This document shows positions 31,851-32,000 of a DNA stretch of 32,000 bases, piece after piece. Each line of letters starts with the position of its first letter. The first letter of the stretch is position 1. Origin of the DNA: Candidatus Brocadia sp. (GTDB lineage Bacteria; Planctomycetota; Brocadiia; Brocadiales; Brocadiaceae); NCBI GenBank assembly GCA_021650915.1, contig CP091279.1, forward strand, positions 2,070,001-2,102,000, written 5' to 3'. The notes under the pieces are model-generated. The model did not search any database, had not been told where the DNA came from, and worked only from the letters and a program-made list of their open reading frames with translations. Made by a program: the position numbers and the translations under genes.

Positions 31851-32000
31851 TTAACATACTGCAGCATACCTCGTTGTTTTATTATTGAAATAAGCACGCA
31901 CTCTATCCTGTGTTTTTTGGATAAACCGCAAATGCTTTATTACTGCCCTCTGTAATTGCTTTGGATCGGTAATAATTTGTCGACCAATTGCATTATTCTT
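31851..32000 (-). CDS. 3' end of an unidentified CDS that enters from the right edge
   Basis: The minus-strand frame is open from the window edge to a TAA (complement of 31851-31853). It translates as ...ITDPKQLQRAVIKHLRFIQKTQDRVRAYFNNKTTRYAAVC*. It is too short to assign, and a transposase C-terminus is only a guess. Confidence 0.3.
   Translation of the reverse strand, partial: KNNAIGRQIITDPKQLQRAVIKHLRFIQKTQDRVRAYFNNKTTRYAAVC

Noticed and set aside
1-32000. CRISPR arrays, rRNA genes, tmRNA next to smpB, and prophage or toxin-antitoxin modules
   Set aside because: I saw no regularly spaced direct repeats, no rRNA-like or tmRNA-like sequence, and no paired small ORFs typical of TA systems on either strand. 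The only tandem-like signals are the hairpins reported above.

Overview
This window is mostly housekeeping genes, interrupted by two patches of mobile-element debris. The organism looks like an environmental, possibly PVC/Planctomycetota-like bacterium, but that lineage guess is low confidence and rests only on gene content and cluster architecture.

Gene content, left to right:
- The 3' end of an unknown CDS, then alpha-glucan phosphorylase (glgP).
- Two secreted hypothetical proteins.
- A minus-strand block of receiver-domain protein, PBP4 (dacB) and a SAM methyltransferase, followed by smpB.
- tRNA-Leu(CAG), followed directly by a tightly packed plus-strand run of a tandem NDK-like protein, an MBL hydrolase and gyrA.
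- A GT2 glycosyltransferase and an LPS-kinase-like protein.
- A decayed mobile patch at about 15.2-18.1 kb: a long hairpin, a GA-rich tract, a group II intron whose RT/maturase is frameshifted, and the C-terminal fragment of an IS4-family transposase.
- A membrane-anchored peptidoglycan amidase, preceded by a near-consensus promoter and a leader RNA whose 5' half resembles the c-di-GMP-I (GEMM-I) riboswitch core.
- A 10-kb co-directional minus-strand block: comEC, miaA, a pilM-pilN fusion, a PilO-like protein, a PilP-like protein, a TPR-secretin and a 114-aa membrane protein.
- A stand-alone CoaB.
- A chimeric ORF joining a DUF4338 (DruA-like) domain to an IS66-type transposase tail.
- A truncated ORF at the right edge.

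I found no CRISPR array, no rRNA and no complete defence system. The observations most worth follow-up are:
- the riboswitch-like leader upstream of the amidase;
- the PVC-style pilMNOPQ cluster linked to comEC, with no pilin, ATPase or platform genes in the window;
- the tandem NDK-like protein;
- the chimeric or decayed mobile elements.

All family assignments come from motif recognition by eye in the supplied translations. No database search was run.
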